64,000 bases of DNA from Fistulifera solaris. Its lineage: Eukaryota. Location: the NCBI GenBank assembly GCA_030295235.1, contig AP026153.1, forward strand, positions 248,001 through 312,000, given 5' to 3'. The notes under the pieces are model-generated. The model saw only the letters and a program-made list of their open reading frames with translations, was not told where the DNA came from and made no database searches. Shown here piece after piece: positions 25,170-36,710 of this stretch. The position numbers and the translations under genes are program-made. The number at the start of each line of letters is the position of its first letter. The first letter of the stretch is position 1.

Positions 25170-26297
25170 ATGGATGCCGTAGTTCAGTTCATAAGGAATG
25201 GCCTCTGTTGCATCAAGGATTTAGGACTCCTCAAAGATACCTTTCTCTATGATCCATCGATTACAGCACAGTATTACAAGTTCCCTGAACCTCTCAACAA
25301 AACGACTCCTCTCGAAGTTTTTATCGCCATCACTCAATTCTACGCCTTTTGGTTCACTGCCAAAGGCGGATTGAATCTCATGTTCTCCAGTTACGGGAAA
25401 ATCAAACGCATCGAACGACTCATGGAAAGTCGTCCTCCGGTCAAGACGGATGCCGATCGGTTGATTAACGCATCGCTCGTCAAAGAGGGCATGCACTCTA
25501 TTCGCAGCATGTTTGTTGGTTTTTTGCTATTCTTTCTCGGTTCTGCATTCTTCTGGCTCTTTGCCAATTCGTTCCATGTCACGGAAGCGGGATGGATTGG
25601 CGGAGTGGCGGGCTTGATTCATGCCTTGACCGTCGCGGAAATCGCGTTGGTGCCGCTTCTATATTATATGTACAAGGATGGGTTCGAACATTTGGCCAAA
25701 GCGACTCGATTGGAGCATTTGGCGGAGACACTGCGGACGAATGCTTTGAAGAGTGGAGCCGATCTTGGATTGAGCAGCATTGAACAAATTGCGAATTGGG
25801 CTCCGTTTTGGGGGACGGGCGTCAGTCCGTATGCATCAGCTGCTAGCAATGAAGCAAAACTGATGGCCCAGGAAACCGATTACATCAATGATACCATTCG
25901 AAAATTAACAGAAAAACCAAAAGCCGATGACAAGATGGCCAAAGCCAAGAAGCAAGAATACTTGAGCGAACAAGCAGACGAATTGATCCGAACGGCTCGC
26001 GTCACACGCATGGAAGGATACCGAGAATTTCTGTACCTAGTCATCAATTCCATTGCGTTTTACGGATATTTGATGGCAATCTTTGGTTTTCATTTCCCGG
26101 ATGAGGAAAAGCAACCAATGTGGCTTCGTCAGGCCATGGGCAACTATTCCAATGCCGAAGCCGATTGGTATGGGAATTTCGCAGGTGACTTTATGTGGAC
26201 CGTTGAGCCCGTTATCATCTTGACATCGCCTTTCTTCTTGAATCGTTTACGAAGAGCATCCACGGTATCGGTGGATAAGAAGAAAAAAATTGAATAA
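25170..26297 (+). CDS. Hypothetical multi-pass membrane protein with C-terminal dilysine motif
   Basis: 375-aa intact ORF with about 5 hydrophobic segments, ending DKKKKIE. Confidence 0.8.
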   Translation: MDAVVQFIRNGLCCIKDLGLLKDTFLYDPSITAQYYKFPEPLNKTTPLEVFIAITQFYAFWFTAKGGLNLMFSSYGKIKRIERLMESRPPVKTDADRLINASLVKEGMHSIRSMFVGFLLFFLGSAFFWLFANSFHVTEAGWIGGVAGLIHALTVAEIALVPLLYYMYKDGFEHLAKATRLEHLAETLRTNALKSGADLGLSSIEQIANWAPFWGTGVSPYASAASNEAKLMAQETDYINDTIRKLTEKPKADDKMAKAKKQEYLSEQADELIRTARVTRMEGYREFLYLVINSIAFYGYLMAIFGFHFPDEEKQPMWLRQAMGNYSNAEADWYGNFAGDFMWTVEPVIILTSPFFLNRLRRASTVSVDKKKKIE

Positions 26298-26631
26298 GGA
26301 ATATGTCGTGTGTTAGTAGTCCGCTTGTCAGATTTCCATCTCCTTGCTTCCTTGCTTTTGTGGCCAAACCTCGTCTTATATCGTGCAGATGAGACGACAG
26401 AGACAAGTATAATCGGTAAATAGATATGCATCTCATCACTTTAATCAATATTCACATTTACTTCCAAGCACCCAGATGCAACAACGACTTCGCTTTTAGC
26501 TGTCTTCAGTATACAAACGTCACTTCCCTAAATTAAACTCTTTAGAAAATGCGCTTCAAAATTTACTATCACGTGGTGAAATTGAACCTATGCTCTTCGC
26601 TTGGAGACGTGAAGACATGTAGAGAATCATC

Positions 26632-28283
26632 CTACAACTTCGGCATCCCCAAGGATGATGGGAAATTGTGTTGGGTCCTTTCTCGATCGAAAACTAGATC
26701 TTGTCCCTGACAGACGTTGGCAAGCTTTGTGATTGCAGCAATTAATTTTGTCTGATTTTCCTTCATTTCTTGGAGCTCCAAAGTGAGCTCATTGATTCGT
26801 TTCTGAGCTTCCATCCACTTATCGTTCAATCTTTCAGATTCATCATTGTCTAAACCCAGACCATGCTGCTCTAGATGTTTCATTTCTTCCAAGTACTCTT
26901 CTTCCTCTTGCCGTATTTTCTTGTCAATGATTGATACGGCATCGCAGACAACGGCGACGATCAAGTTGAACACGATAAACCCAGTGATGGAGATAAAACT
27001 ACAAAAAATCATCCCAGCCCATTCGTAATAGTCCATAACCTCTCTTGCCGTTTCTGACCATTCCAACGTCATCAACTGCATGCACGTCAGTAAGGCATTC
27101 GGCAATGTGTTGAAATAGTTTGTGGAAAGCTGCAAATCTCCAAAGAGTTCGACAAATAGAACAGCGTAGATGTAAAACACCAGGACGAGCATCGAAGTAA
27201 TGGCATAAATCCGGGGTAGCACTTCCCCCAACGCCATGAGCAAGCTCTTTAACGCCACCATTCGAGTAATCAAGCGTAACGCACGGAAAACTCGAAAGGC
27301 TCGGATGACTTGCAATGACTCCAGCGTCCAGCTGATCACGACAATGACAAAATCGAACACCAACCATCTGTCTCGGAATAAAGAGGGACCGCGGTACGTC
27401 AGCTGTAAAGCCGACTCGATGGTAAAAATGGCGAGAAAGACTTTGTCCGCAATATCAAATGCCATATTTGTGTTTGCATCATTGGTGACAAAGTCAAATG
27501 TAGCGACGCCCATCATTATCGCATTGATAACGATGAGAGTAATAATGAAAAATTGCACACGCGGATCTTCTACGAGTTCGCCGCACATTAAACGAATTCG
27601 TCTCATGGGTGCATCCTTGGGCAGCGTATCGTCCAGATCAGGCTTTCTCCATGTTTTCCGATCGTGACTTAGTTCACCAACTTGCAATGGCCGAAAATGT
27701 GGATGCATCGCTGCTTGAACCACAAGATCTTTTCTTCTTTTCCATTTCTATATTCTGCATCAACAATCGCAGTTTCTGTTTACTTTTGAACTTGGAGGAC
27801 TCAACATTGTCCTCTGTGTCTGATCGTCCCGATAAATCCGCGGAACTCCATCCACCCATAAATGAACCTGCCGACGAATGTTTGATCAATGTACGCGACG
27901 ATTTCTGCAAGTCTTGACTAATCATTTGATCACCAAGTGTAAACCTGCGTTTGTTCGGGCTGGACATGAACCGCGGATGACTGCGCAATAGTTCGAGTCT
28001 GATGTCGCTCCCTCCGTCGCTTGGTTTGCTGGGATGAATTCAGGGAGCGTGTTGAAGACAGAGAATCTTCCGTTACTACGGGCGGCATAGCTTCCCGCGT
28101 ATCAGCAAATCGAGACAGAGACGAATCTGTGTTGGTATAGGAAACCGTTCGAGAGCTTTGCGGCGATTTACTGTAATTTCTGCTCATGGGTTTACGCACT
28201 GCTTCTTCTATTGTAATAGATTCGTTAAATATTGAGGGCATATTGGGATCCTGTGCAGGATGTTTTGCTGTTTTTTCTCTCAT
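26632..28283 (-). CDS. Single-domain voltage-gated cation channel (EukCatA / BacNav-like) (frameshifts ~28032, ~27738)
   Basis: One 6-TM domain: S4 IRAFRVFRALRLITR, pore QLMTLEWSE, S6 FIVFNLIVAVVCDA, C-terminal coiled coil. Confidence 0.9.
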
Positions 28284-28911
28284 TGTTGTAAATGTATTTG
28301 CAGATTGCTTAACAAATCCAATTCACAAAATTCGACGAAACCTCGGGAAAAGCGGATCCTGGAAGACGTCGGCCCCTCTCTATTTAGTCTTAATTTTCAA
28401 AATCAATCACTGCTTCCTTATTAACGAAGGGTAGAAGTAAATTGATCAAGAAACGAAGGTCATGCATATAACAATATGCACGGTTGTACCAGTAGCAGGT
28501 ACAGTAGCTGAGGGCAGTCGGTCGTGGCAGTTTTACTTCAGCGTTTATCGCGAGATTTTATTTTTTCCCGTCTTCCACATTTGTACTATTTACTATCGCA
28601 TTATAGTACTGCAACTTCTGAGTTCAGTGCCGTTTATCGGTAATTTCGTTTTTCATTTAAGTGACTAAGTCACGGAAAGACAGAAATGGGCCCTTTGTTT
28701 TTGTAGTAAGCAAACGTCAAAATTGATGCCGGACGACAGACGCACATTTTACAAATGGAAAGCCAAGAAAAAAAAAAAAAGAAAACAAAGAACACGACAA
28801 AACCGCACCTTATTCGAAATTGGCGACTGGGTTTACTGCCATGCAAAGAACATCTATTTCTGAGGTCTAAAATAGAAAGCTCCAATAATACAAAAATTCG
28901 CATGAGAAGAC

Positions 28912-30252
28912 ATGACAGCTCCGACCGTGCAATTGGGATTTTGTATACCCATTGAAGATGACGAACAATTGCAAGAGGTAGCCCATCGATCGGCGGATTA
29001 TACGCTTTGGGATGGTGGTCAAGTTGGAGGGAAACCTAGTTGGCTTAATCCACAGCACATTCCGAACTCAATTCCGTGTTTGAACTGCTCTTCTTCTTCG
29101 ATGAAATTTGTGACTCAATTGTACGCACCGGTTGATTTTCCAGACGACGATCGCGCCTTCCATCGTTCTCTGTATCTTTTCGCATGTGCCACCTGTCTGC
29201 AAAACAAGAACCACGTAAATAAAGGAGTTCGTATTCTCCGCGCTCAGCTTCCTGCAAACAACGACTATTTTCCGAATATGGAAAACAAAAATAGCGTTGA
29301 AGTGGAAGAAGTCAACTGGCAGCAACACACACCCGATGCTTGGAACGTCAACCTATGCGCTCTTTGCGGTGTCAAGGGGAAAGGAAAATGCCCATTACAG
29401 CAACTTTATTTTTGCGGAAGTGAACATCAAAAAGAATACAAGAGGCGCGGCGACCGATCCATCTTGCCCTTGTCACAATTGGTGGTCGAAGAGGAGCCCC
29501 CTGTAGCGAAGGACACAACAAAGAGTCGGAAACAGTTATTTTCGAATGTTTCTGAGGAGAACCATGACGAAAATGGAAGTGAGGATGACGAAAATGATGA
29601 TGATGGCGACGAAAAACAGGTAGAGGCTGGCTTCGACGGTGCGAACGGGGAGCCAGGTGAAGACGAGGACTTGGAGCAAGAAGATCTGAACGAAATGATT
29701 GGTGCTGCAACGAATTTGGTTAGTCAAGACCCCATCACGATGAAGTTTTATCAGCGCATTCAAGAACGACCATCCGTTCGAGACCAATGTCTGCGGTATA
29801 CTAGATGGTCGAGCATGGAGCCCTTATGGATTCAGGAACAGTATCGCCCGACATCCATTCCTGCCTGCGAGCATTGTGGTGCGGAACGAAAATTCGAGTT
29901 TCAACTTATGCCTCAAATGCTGCATTACTTGATGACTCTGAAAGAGGATACCGATAAAGATGGGAAGGCGGCGGAAGACAAGTACGCCCAAGTAAAAGAG
30001 GCATTAGAACAAACCGAGTCTTGGGTACAGCAGGCTCCTCCTGAACGCATTCCACCTGCTTTAATGGATGCCCGAGATTCAGCGATCGAACGTGTACAGA
30101 AGGAACTATTGAAAGACGTCTCGCAACAGGATTTGGATTGGGGTGTTGTGGCTGTATATACTTGTACACAAAGCTGTAACAAAACCTCCCTGGATAATCT
30201 GGGTGCGTACAGCGAGGAATTTGCTTGGGTACAGCCCTCGCTGGATAGTTAA
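28912..30252 (+). CDS. PDCD2: PDCD2/TSR4-family protein
   Basis: GGQVGGKPSWL, QLYAP, FHRSLYLFAC, MYND-like CALCG..CGSEHQ, QCLRY, CEHCG..FEFQLMPQML, DWGVVAVYTC. Confidence 0.92.
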   Translation: MTAPTVQLGFCIPIEDDEQLQEVAHRSADYTLWDGGQVGGKPSWLNPQHIPNSIPCLNCSSSSMKFVTQLYAPVDFPDDDRAFHRSLYLFACATCLQNKNHVNKGVRILRAQLPANNDYFPNMENKNSVEVEEVNWQQHTPDAWNVNLCALCGVKGKGKCPLQQLYFCGSEHQKEYKRRGDRSILPLSQLVVEEEPPVAKDTTKSRKQLFSNVSEENHDENGSEDDENDDDGDEKQVEAGFDGANGEPGEDEDLEQEDLNEMIGAATNLVSQDPITMKFYQRIQERPSVRDQCLRYTRWSSMEPLWIQEQYRPTSIPACEHCGAERKFEFQLMPQMLHYLMTLKEDTDKDGKAAEDKYAQVKEALEQTESWVQQAPPERIPPALMDARDSAIERVQKELLKDVSQQDLDWGVVAVYTCTQSCNKTSLDNLGAYSEEFAWVQPSLDS

Positions 30253-30556
30253 CGAAATAGGTAATTTTCCGATTGAATGAGGAACGATATACGCATTTGA
30301 TGAACGATACAAAATGCCGACAAGTATACAACATGATCGCAAATGCGTCACTCTGAGAAGTATTCAGACATTTTCTTCGATGACCTGAACAGATCTGAAT
30401 GAGACATAGAGCTTTCTCGTGACAAAACACCGAATGATTAATTGTTGCATCCAGAATTCAACTTTTTCTGTTATGTATAGGAGCTTAGCGTCGATGAGAA
30501 TTCTCCATCCCACCGCCATTATTATGTTTCGTTTGTCATACAAACGTCATTACTAT

Positions 30557-30794
30557 TTACTCGTCTTGGGCAGCGACAGGCTCCTTTTCCTCCTTTTTTC
30601 TCTTCCTCCTTGCTTTCGTCATCTCCGCTCATGAACTTGGCAATGACTTCACGTGTCAAAGCCAAATCCTCCTCATGGTCCTTGGCGGCCTTGGTGGCTT
30701 GCAGGGACACGATGGAAACACCCGCTGGACGAACGACTGTGAAGGCGGAGGCCGACGATACGGCAGCGATGAGAAGGATTTGTGAGAGCTTCAT
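30557..30794 (-). CDS. Small plastid-targeted acidic protein (probable frameshift ~30597)
   Basis: MKLSQILLIAAVSSASA-FTV bipartite presequence; mature HEEDLALTREVIAKFM. Removing one A gives the tail EEKKEEKEPVAAQDE*. Confidence 0.7.
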
Positions 30795-31770
30795 AATGAA
30801 TAATATTGAATGATTATTGTTGTCAACACGATCTAAAAGTCGATTTGATTTGGAGGGGAAAGATCTCGTCGTTCTCGATCACCGCGTCTCTCAATTGTCG
30901 CCAACGCTGTTGGGTCTTTTCGGTTGCGTCGCAAAAGCGAGTGACGGTCCGTTCGTGGCTCATTGACGTACGTCATCGAGGCGGGTCAAGGACAGAAAAT
31001 GCACGGCGGACAGGCGGACATCTGATTACGTCGTACTCAGGAATGAACAAAACGGAGCGCATAAATTAATCGGTCCCGTGTTTCTTTACTGTAGTGTTCT
31101 GCGTTCTGCACGTATTACTTTGTACAAAATGGACGATGACCGAGAACAATGACCGCCAAACGCCAAAGTGACCAGCGTGACTGGCCAAGAAATTCAGGAC
31201 TGAAGAATTTTGTGTCATGTCGTCCTGTATGTATCTTCTGTTGAGTAGCCATGACGCCTAAGCGTTTTCCGTTCATGCGTTTCTCCGATATTTCTCCGGT
31301 GTATTCTGATTGCTTAGTGTACTACGTAACGTACTAAGAACTTAAAGACATTCATAAATGACTATCCACAATTTTCTTTCTGTATATTGTATTCTACGTA
31401 TTGACTTCTCTAAATACATTTAGAATTTAGACTCACATAGACTAGATTGGACAAATTATTGACGAAATGAAAATTCAAAGGTGTCTTTATTTGGGAAACT
31501 ACACTATACATTTATATTTACTACAAAGTACGGAGTATAGTCTAGTGTTTACTATGCTGAAACCCTCGATTTATTTCATTACTACGTAAGAGAAAGAAGA
31601 CTGGATTTTCCGGCTTTTCGGACGAGAAAAAAACACGAATATACGTGCCGGTAGCCGGTACCGAACCGGTAACCCTGCATGATGATTCAAGCGATCAGCA
31701 GCGTCCTGCAAAACAGCCAAAAGGCCTCATACTTACTTGTCAATCACTTACAACGATTCCAAAGAAGAAC

Positions 31771-32767
31771 ATGGTGTGTGTTGGATGCCATGAAGCGAAA
31801 CGCAAATGCGACAAGAACACTCCTTGTTCGCGATGTGCTAAATTAGGAATCCCTTGCGTACCTCATCTATCGCAACAAGGGAAGCGCAAGCGAGGTTCGC
31901 CCGACGAGACGCCCGAAGACGTGACAATTCTTCGTCAAGTTTCGTTGCCAAAGGATCATTATGGCTTGTGTCACTTGATCAGATCGTGGATTTCGATTGC
32001 GTTTGTTCGTAGAAGCTTCCATTTGCTCAACAAGGCGACGACAATGGCCAATCAACTGGGCGTCACAATGGATGAAATCATGAGTCGTTCCATGACCCAG
32101 CAAGGCATGCACTGGATGGGTACAATTGTAGCGATTCCTCAAGCCGAACAAATGGCGGGAGGACCACGTTTGCAATGGAACGAATTGCCCGAAAGCCTGC
32201 TGGTGGCGACGCGCACACTCCATAGTGTCGATTGCGAAGCGCGGTGGATTTGGATTCGCGAATTAAGTCAAGGCCGTTCTCGTTATTTAGTGACGCAAGC
32301 CTTTGAACGTGATATCGCCACTTGGGCATTGATTCAGTCCACTTGGAACGAAAACAAAATTTCGGTCGTCGATCTTTTCTTGGACGGCGCCGGCCGTGAA
32401 AAGCACGCGAAGTCTGTGGCGCACCAGTATTCCTTGCACGCAAAGCCTCCGTCACCCCACAGTGCCCGCTGCAGTCGTCAGCGCAGTCAAGTCAAATTGC
32501 GCAACGGAGAAATGATTTCAGTTGAGGAAGTCTCCTGCATGGATTTCGTGCACATGGATTTGTCGTATCATTTCGTAGAATACGTGCCAGTGTGTGTGCA
32601 GCCCATTCTATCGCCCGCCCTGGTGCAGAGCTCCCAACCCCAGCCGTTCTTTCCAGGAAATGTCGAAAGTCATGTGGGACGACTATCCTCTCATGGTGAA
32701 TGTGGACGATATTCCTGCCGAAGGTAACGAGCTGGATCAGATTCTGCAATTGTTGAATGGAACTTGA
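31771..32767 (+). CDS. Zn(II)2Cys6 binuclear-cluster transcription factor (probable frameshift ~32652)
   Basis: CVGCHEAKRKCDKNTPCSRCAKLGIPC fits Cx2Cx6Cx5Cx2Cx6C; NLS GKRKR; repaired acidic tail WDDYPLMVNVDDIPAEGNELDQILQLL. Confidence 0.88.
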
Positions 32768-32953
32768 CGGAATGTATAATTTACACGAAAAATGAAACAG
32801 AGGAGCAAATAGCGCAACGACAGCTTATAGAATGTGAACAAGAGTGGCGGAGAGAAAACAGTGGACATTAAAAATCTGCAGATAACACCCGCCTGTTATA
32901 CATGGGACACATTACAATTTATTTTCAACATGATGTTGTAGATCCTTCTAACC

Positions 32954-33952
32954 TTAACTAGCTTCCGCTACCAATTGAGCACACGTTTGGATTTTGTTGG
33001 ATTTCCCGGCCACATGCGCCACAAAATCACCCTTGTGATACACCATGGGAGAATTGTAATCTTTCAGATCCTGCGCCTTCTTGTTGAAAGTTCGAAATTG
33101 TTTTTCTTCGGCCGGAGTCATCCAAGCGGCGACCGAATTGAATGTACATCGCGGGACGATGGCGAAATGTTCTTCCAAATAGGCCTGCGTTTGTGCGACG
33201 CGAAACGCATTGAGGGCATCATTGTCTCCGGAGACTCCCAGACCTTTGGCTCGTACATACGAATCCATGCTCCACCACGTCTCTAAAAATTCATGAGCCC
33301 ACGCAGTATTCCGAATGAGCCAAGCTCCGGCATTGATATGATTTCTCTTTTCGGGGATCACTACAAAATCCGGACCATCCACCGGTAAAAATTCTTCGAT
33401 TCGAATATCCGAATTCATAATAACGGTATCTGCATCCAACCAAAAGACCCAATCGCAATGTTCTTCTGTCAACAGTCGTTGTACCGCCTTAATTTTACTC
33501 CACGAAGGCGGCCGCGAAGTATCCAACATTTTGCTTTCATCAAACAAGTCGTACCCGTGTTTTTCGGCATAGTGTTGTTTGTTGGGCCATGTAATCGAAA
33601 GTAGGTTGCCAAAATTCCGTGTCCGTACCAGACGTTGCCATAAATCGGCCTTGGCGGCATCCGTCAAAGTCGTGATACAAATTTTGGTATTCCACCAATG
33701 CGACGGGTCGGTGTGATACGGAACCGGAGGACAAGGTTGCGATCGTTCGACGTAATTGAGCGGCGATTGAACCCATTCTTTAGTATTGATAGCGTAAGAA
33801 ACCGAACGCCATCCGATTGAGCCTATCAGAAGAATAATTGCCGTGAGTTGGAGCAATTTTATTGTGAGTTGATTCCACGAATCCGCTTGAAATAGAGTGA
33901 TCCAGAACGGAACAGCATTTTTGGTGTTGTAAAGTCTGTTGATTCTGGCCAT
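32954..33952 (-). CDS. Glycosyltransferase family 34 (GMA12/MNN10-like)
   Basis: Type II TM; NKQHYAEKHGY, RPPSWSKI, WVFWLDAD (DxD), INAG, GDFVAHVAG. Confidence 0.9.
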   Translation of the reverse strand: MARINRLYNTKNAVPFWITLFQADSWNQLTIKLLQLTAIILLIGSIGWRSVSYAINTKEWVQSPLNYVERSQPCPPVPYHTDPSHWWNTKICITTLTDAAKADLWQRLVRTRNFGNLLSITWPNKQHYAEKHGYDLFDESKMLDTSRPPSWSKIKAVQRLLTEEHCDWVFWLDADTVIMNSDIRIEEFLPVDGPDFVVIPEKRNHINAGAWLIRNTAWAHEFLETWWSMDSYVRAKGLGVSGDNDALNAFRVAQTQAYLEEHFAIVPRCTFNSVAAWMTPAEEKQFRTFNKKAQDLKDYNSPMVYHKGDFVAHVAGKSNKIQTCAQLVAEAS

Positions 33953-34491
33953 GATGAGAGAAGATGTTGTGAGTTGAGTGTAGTGTTCCAGGGCGCCTAA
34001 ATAATCGATCAATTACAAGAATTATGGATTATGGAGGTATGTTTTTGGTGAGAATGAGCAGAGAAATGAGGGCACACTTTGCATCGTCGCTTCGCTTTGC
34101 GTGTGTTTTGCGTTTTGATTATTTTGAGTGTGATGATGTTCCTTTTGCTTCCGAACTTCAATGACATGGACCGTTACTGAAAGTCTAAATGTATATTCTC
34201 CTCATAGGGCCTCAAAACGTCTTAATTGTTCTGTACATATCAACATTTTAACCAAATGTAAAGTACTTAGAAGATGGACGAAACACTCTAAATAATACGG
34301 AGTACAAAGTAATGAACTGCACCGCGCATGCATCGAGTCGTCACTCTGCCTCTTATGCCGTATTCATTCTAAAACCCCTTCTTCCCAACTTATTCAAATG
34401 TTAACAGTTACCGTACACTCCTTCAGCCTTTTTGTAAATTGAATAGAAGATATACATAGAAACCGTGCAGACTTTGTTATAGCGCCGCAGA

Positions 34492-35577
34492 ATGTTCCAC
34501 TTGTCGCGACGTTCGACGACGCCTCGTAGCTGTTATCGTCATCTTGTGCGATCGATGGCTTCCGAGGAATACAGCAAAGAGCAAATGAGGCAAGATCATG
34601 CTCATTGCGTCAGTCTCGTACGCGAGCGTGATAAAGAAGGATACCGTAAGTATCTGCTGTTCTGCTTACCAACTTTAACTGTATCTCAACTGTTTCTCAA
34701 AGTATGCGGCCTTCTCATGCCATCACCACGAGCCTATTTTGCGTTAAAAGCATTCAATGCCGAGATAGCAGCAATCAAAGATAGTCATCGTTCGCAACAA
34801 CGGAGTGAGGGGGCTTCGTTAGCCATGCAAATGCGATTTCAATGGTGGATGGATGCCATCGATCAAGTGATCTACGGTGACGCCGATAATAATAATTCGT
34901 ATTCGCACAGTCCCGTCATTCGTTCCTTAAAGCATGCGCATCAAGAATTTGATTTCACACGGCGATTTATAGAACGATTGATTGAGTCGCGGCGAGCGGA
35001 TTTGGATGTTGTACAATACTCGACAATGGACGATCTGATACGGTACGCCGAAGATTCGGTGTCGACGATGTTGTATTTGTCATTAGAGACACTTGGAGTC
35101 CGAGAGGATGCTGTCGATGAAGTGGCCTATCACGCTGGTGTGGGAATAGGCTTGGTGACAGCGATACGGTCCATACCGTACAATTTGCGAGTGCATGAGA
35201 ATTTGTCGGTGCCATCCGATGTCCTGCGTACAGAAAGTAGTCGCCAACGAGACGATTTAATTCTTTCGCTACTGGCAGAAGAAGATTCTCCGATTGCTCC
35301 ATTGACGGAGGAACAGAAGCAATTGTGGCAAGATGCGGTACAAGAAATGGCGGCGGTAGCATCCTGGCATTTGTCCAGGGCACAACAATTACAGATTCAA
35401 GTGCCGCGCAATGCGCGCGTCGCATTTTTACCCGTCGTTCCTTCCATGCTGTATTTGTCGCAACTTCAAGGACCGGCGCAATACAATGTCTTTGATCCAA
35501 CACTAAACGATCCTTCGCAACGACGGTTGAGGCTATTGCTTTTACTCAGTCGAACATGGTTGACGGGCGTATTTTGA
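34492..35577 (+). CDS. NDUFAF6: Complex I assembly factor 6 (phytoene/squalene synthase-like); in-frame intron 34646..34702
   Basis: Mitochondrial presequence; HCVSLVRERDKEGY|LCGLLM, YFALKAFNAEIA, MRFQWW, LIRYAE, HAGVGIGL. Confidence 0.88.
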   Translation: MFHLSRRSTTPRSCYRHLVRSMASEEYSKEQMRQDHAHCVSLVRERDKEGYRKYLLFCLPTLTVSQLFLKVCGLLMPSPRAYFALKAFNAEIAAIKDSHRSQQRSEGASLAMQMRFQWWMDAIDQVIYGDADNNNSYSHSPVIRSLKHAHQEFDFTRRFIERLIESRRADLDVVQYSTMDDLIRYAEDSVSTMLYLSLETLGVREDAVDEVAYHAGVGIGLVTAIRSIPYNLRVHENLSVPSDVLRTESSRQRDDLILSLLAEEDSPIAPLTEEQKQLWQDAVQEMAAVASWHLSRAQQLQIQVPRNARVAFLPVVPSMLYLSQLQGPAQYNVFDPTLNDPSQRRLRLLLLLSRTWLTGVF

Positions 35578-35931
35578 TAAAAGCTTACTTAGAAAAATCT
35601 TAACCTAGCTAGAAGACGTTGAAGTCGATTGCAAAAATAATTTGTTTTTTTGTGGTGTATATTGTCTTTACTCTAGCATAGGAGTAAGTAGAAACAAGAC
35701 TTGGCTCAAGACTGTCTGAGACACGAACGCCGCGTCATTTACCAAATTCAAACCCCAAACCCCAAACATACCTTTCGTTACGACGTCCAGACTGCAACTT
35801 GATGTTTTGCAGCGCGATCTTTGCAGCGTGCAATCGTCATAGATACGCTACGAAAAGCTACGGCAAAACCGATCGAAGCAGCTGGACGACGAAACCGCAA
35901 TTATTTGTTTGTATCATTTCGCTTTTTCACC

Positions 35932-36710
35932 ATGAAGTACGCTGCTCTTCTTGCCCTTCTCGCTGGTTCGGCTTCGGCCTTTACTCCTGCTCAACAGAGC
36001 TCCCGTGCCGCGACTTCGCTTCAAGCCGAAAAGTCAAAGGCACTTCCTTTCTTGAACCGACCCAAGCTTGTGAGTAGTAGTTTTTCAATCAACTATGTGT
36101 CAGCATGCGAATGATTTGCTTGTAGAATTATCTGCTTGGTGCGATGCGCTGTGCGTAAAAGCTATCAAAACACTAATAATCTAACTCGGCATCATCTTCT
36201 TTGTTGTTACAGTTGGATGGCTCCATGGCCGGTGACAATGGTTTCGATCCTTTGGGTCTTTCCGAAGTCAACGCCGTAGGAATTGACCTTTACTGGCTAC
36301 GAGAGGCCGAAATCAAGCACTGCCGTCTTGCCATGATGGCGGCTGCAGGCTTTATCTGGGTTGAAGCTTTCGGACCGGCCCCGGGATGCGAAATGGCCTC
36401 GGACAAGAACCAGATTACCGCTTTCTGGCAATTCTGGGACGCTCAACCCCAGTACATTGCCTTTTCCCTCATCTTCATTGGATTGTTGGAAATGATCGGC
36501 GGTATTGCTACCACTTCGGGACGAGAGAGTGGACAGCGCGCCCCCGGTGACTTTGGATTGGACCCCTTGAAGATCAAGGGCGACAAGGCCAAGTTCGAAA
36601 AGTACCAACTCCAAGAAATCAAAAACGGTCGTCTTGCCATGTGGGCTGCTGCCGGACAGATTTTGCAAGGATGCACTACCGGTGAGGGAGCTATTGGCAA
36701 CCTCTTCTAA
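35932..36710 (+). CDS. Lhcr: Light-harvesting fucoxanthin-chlorophyll protein, Lhcr-type (intron 36070..36212)
   Basis: ASA-FTP presequence; SKALPFL..LDGSMAGDNGFDPLG; REAEIKHCRLAM; EIKNGRLAM. Confidence 0.93.
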
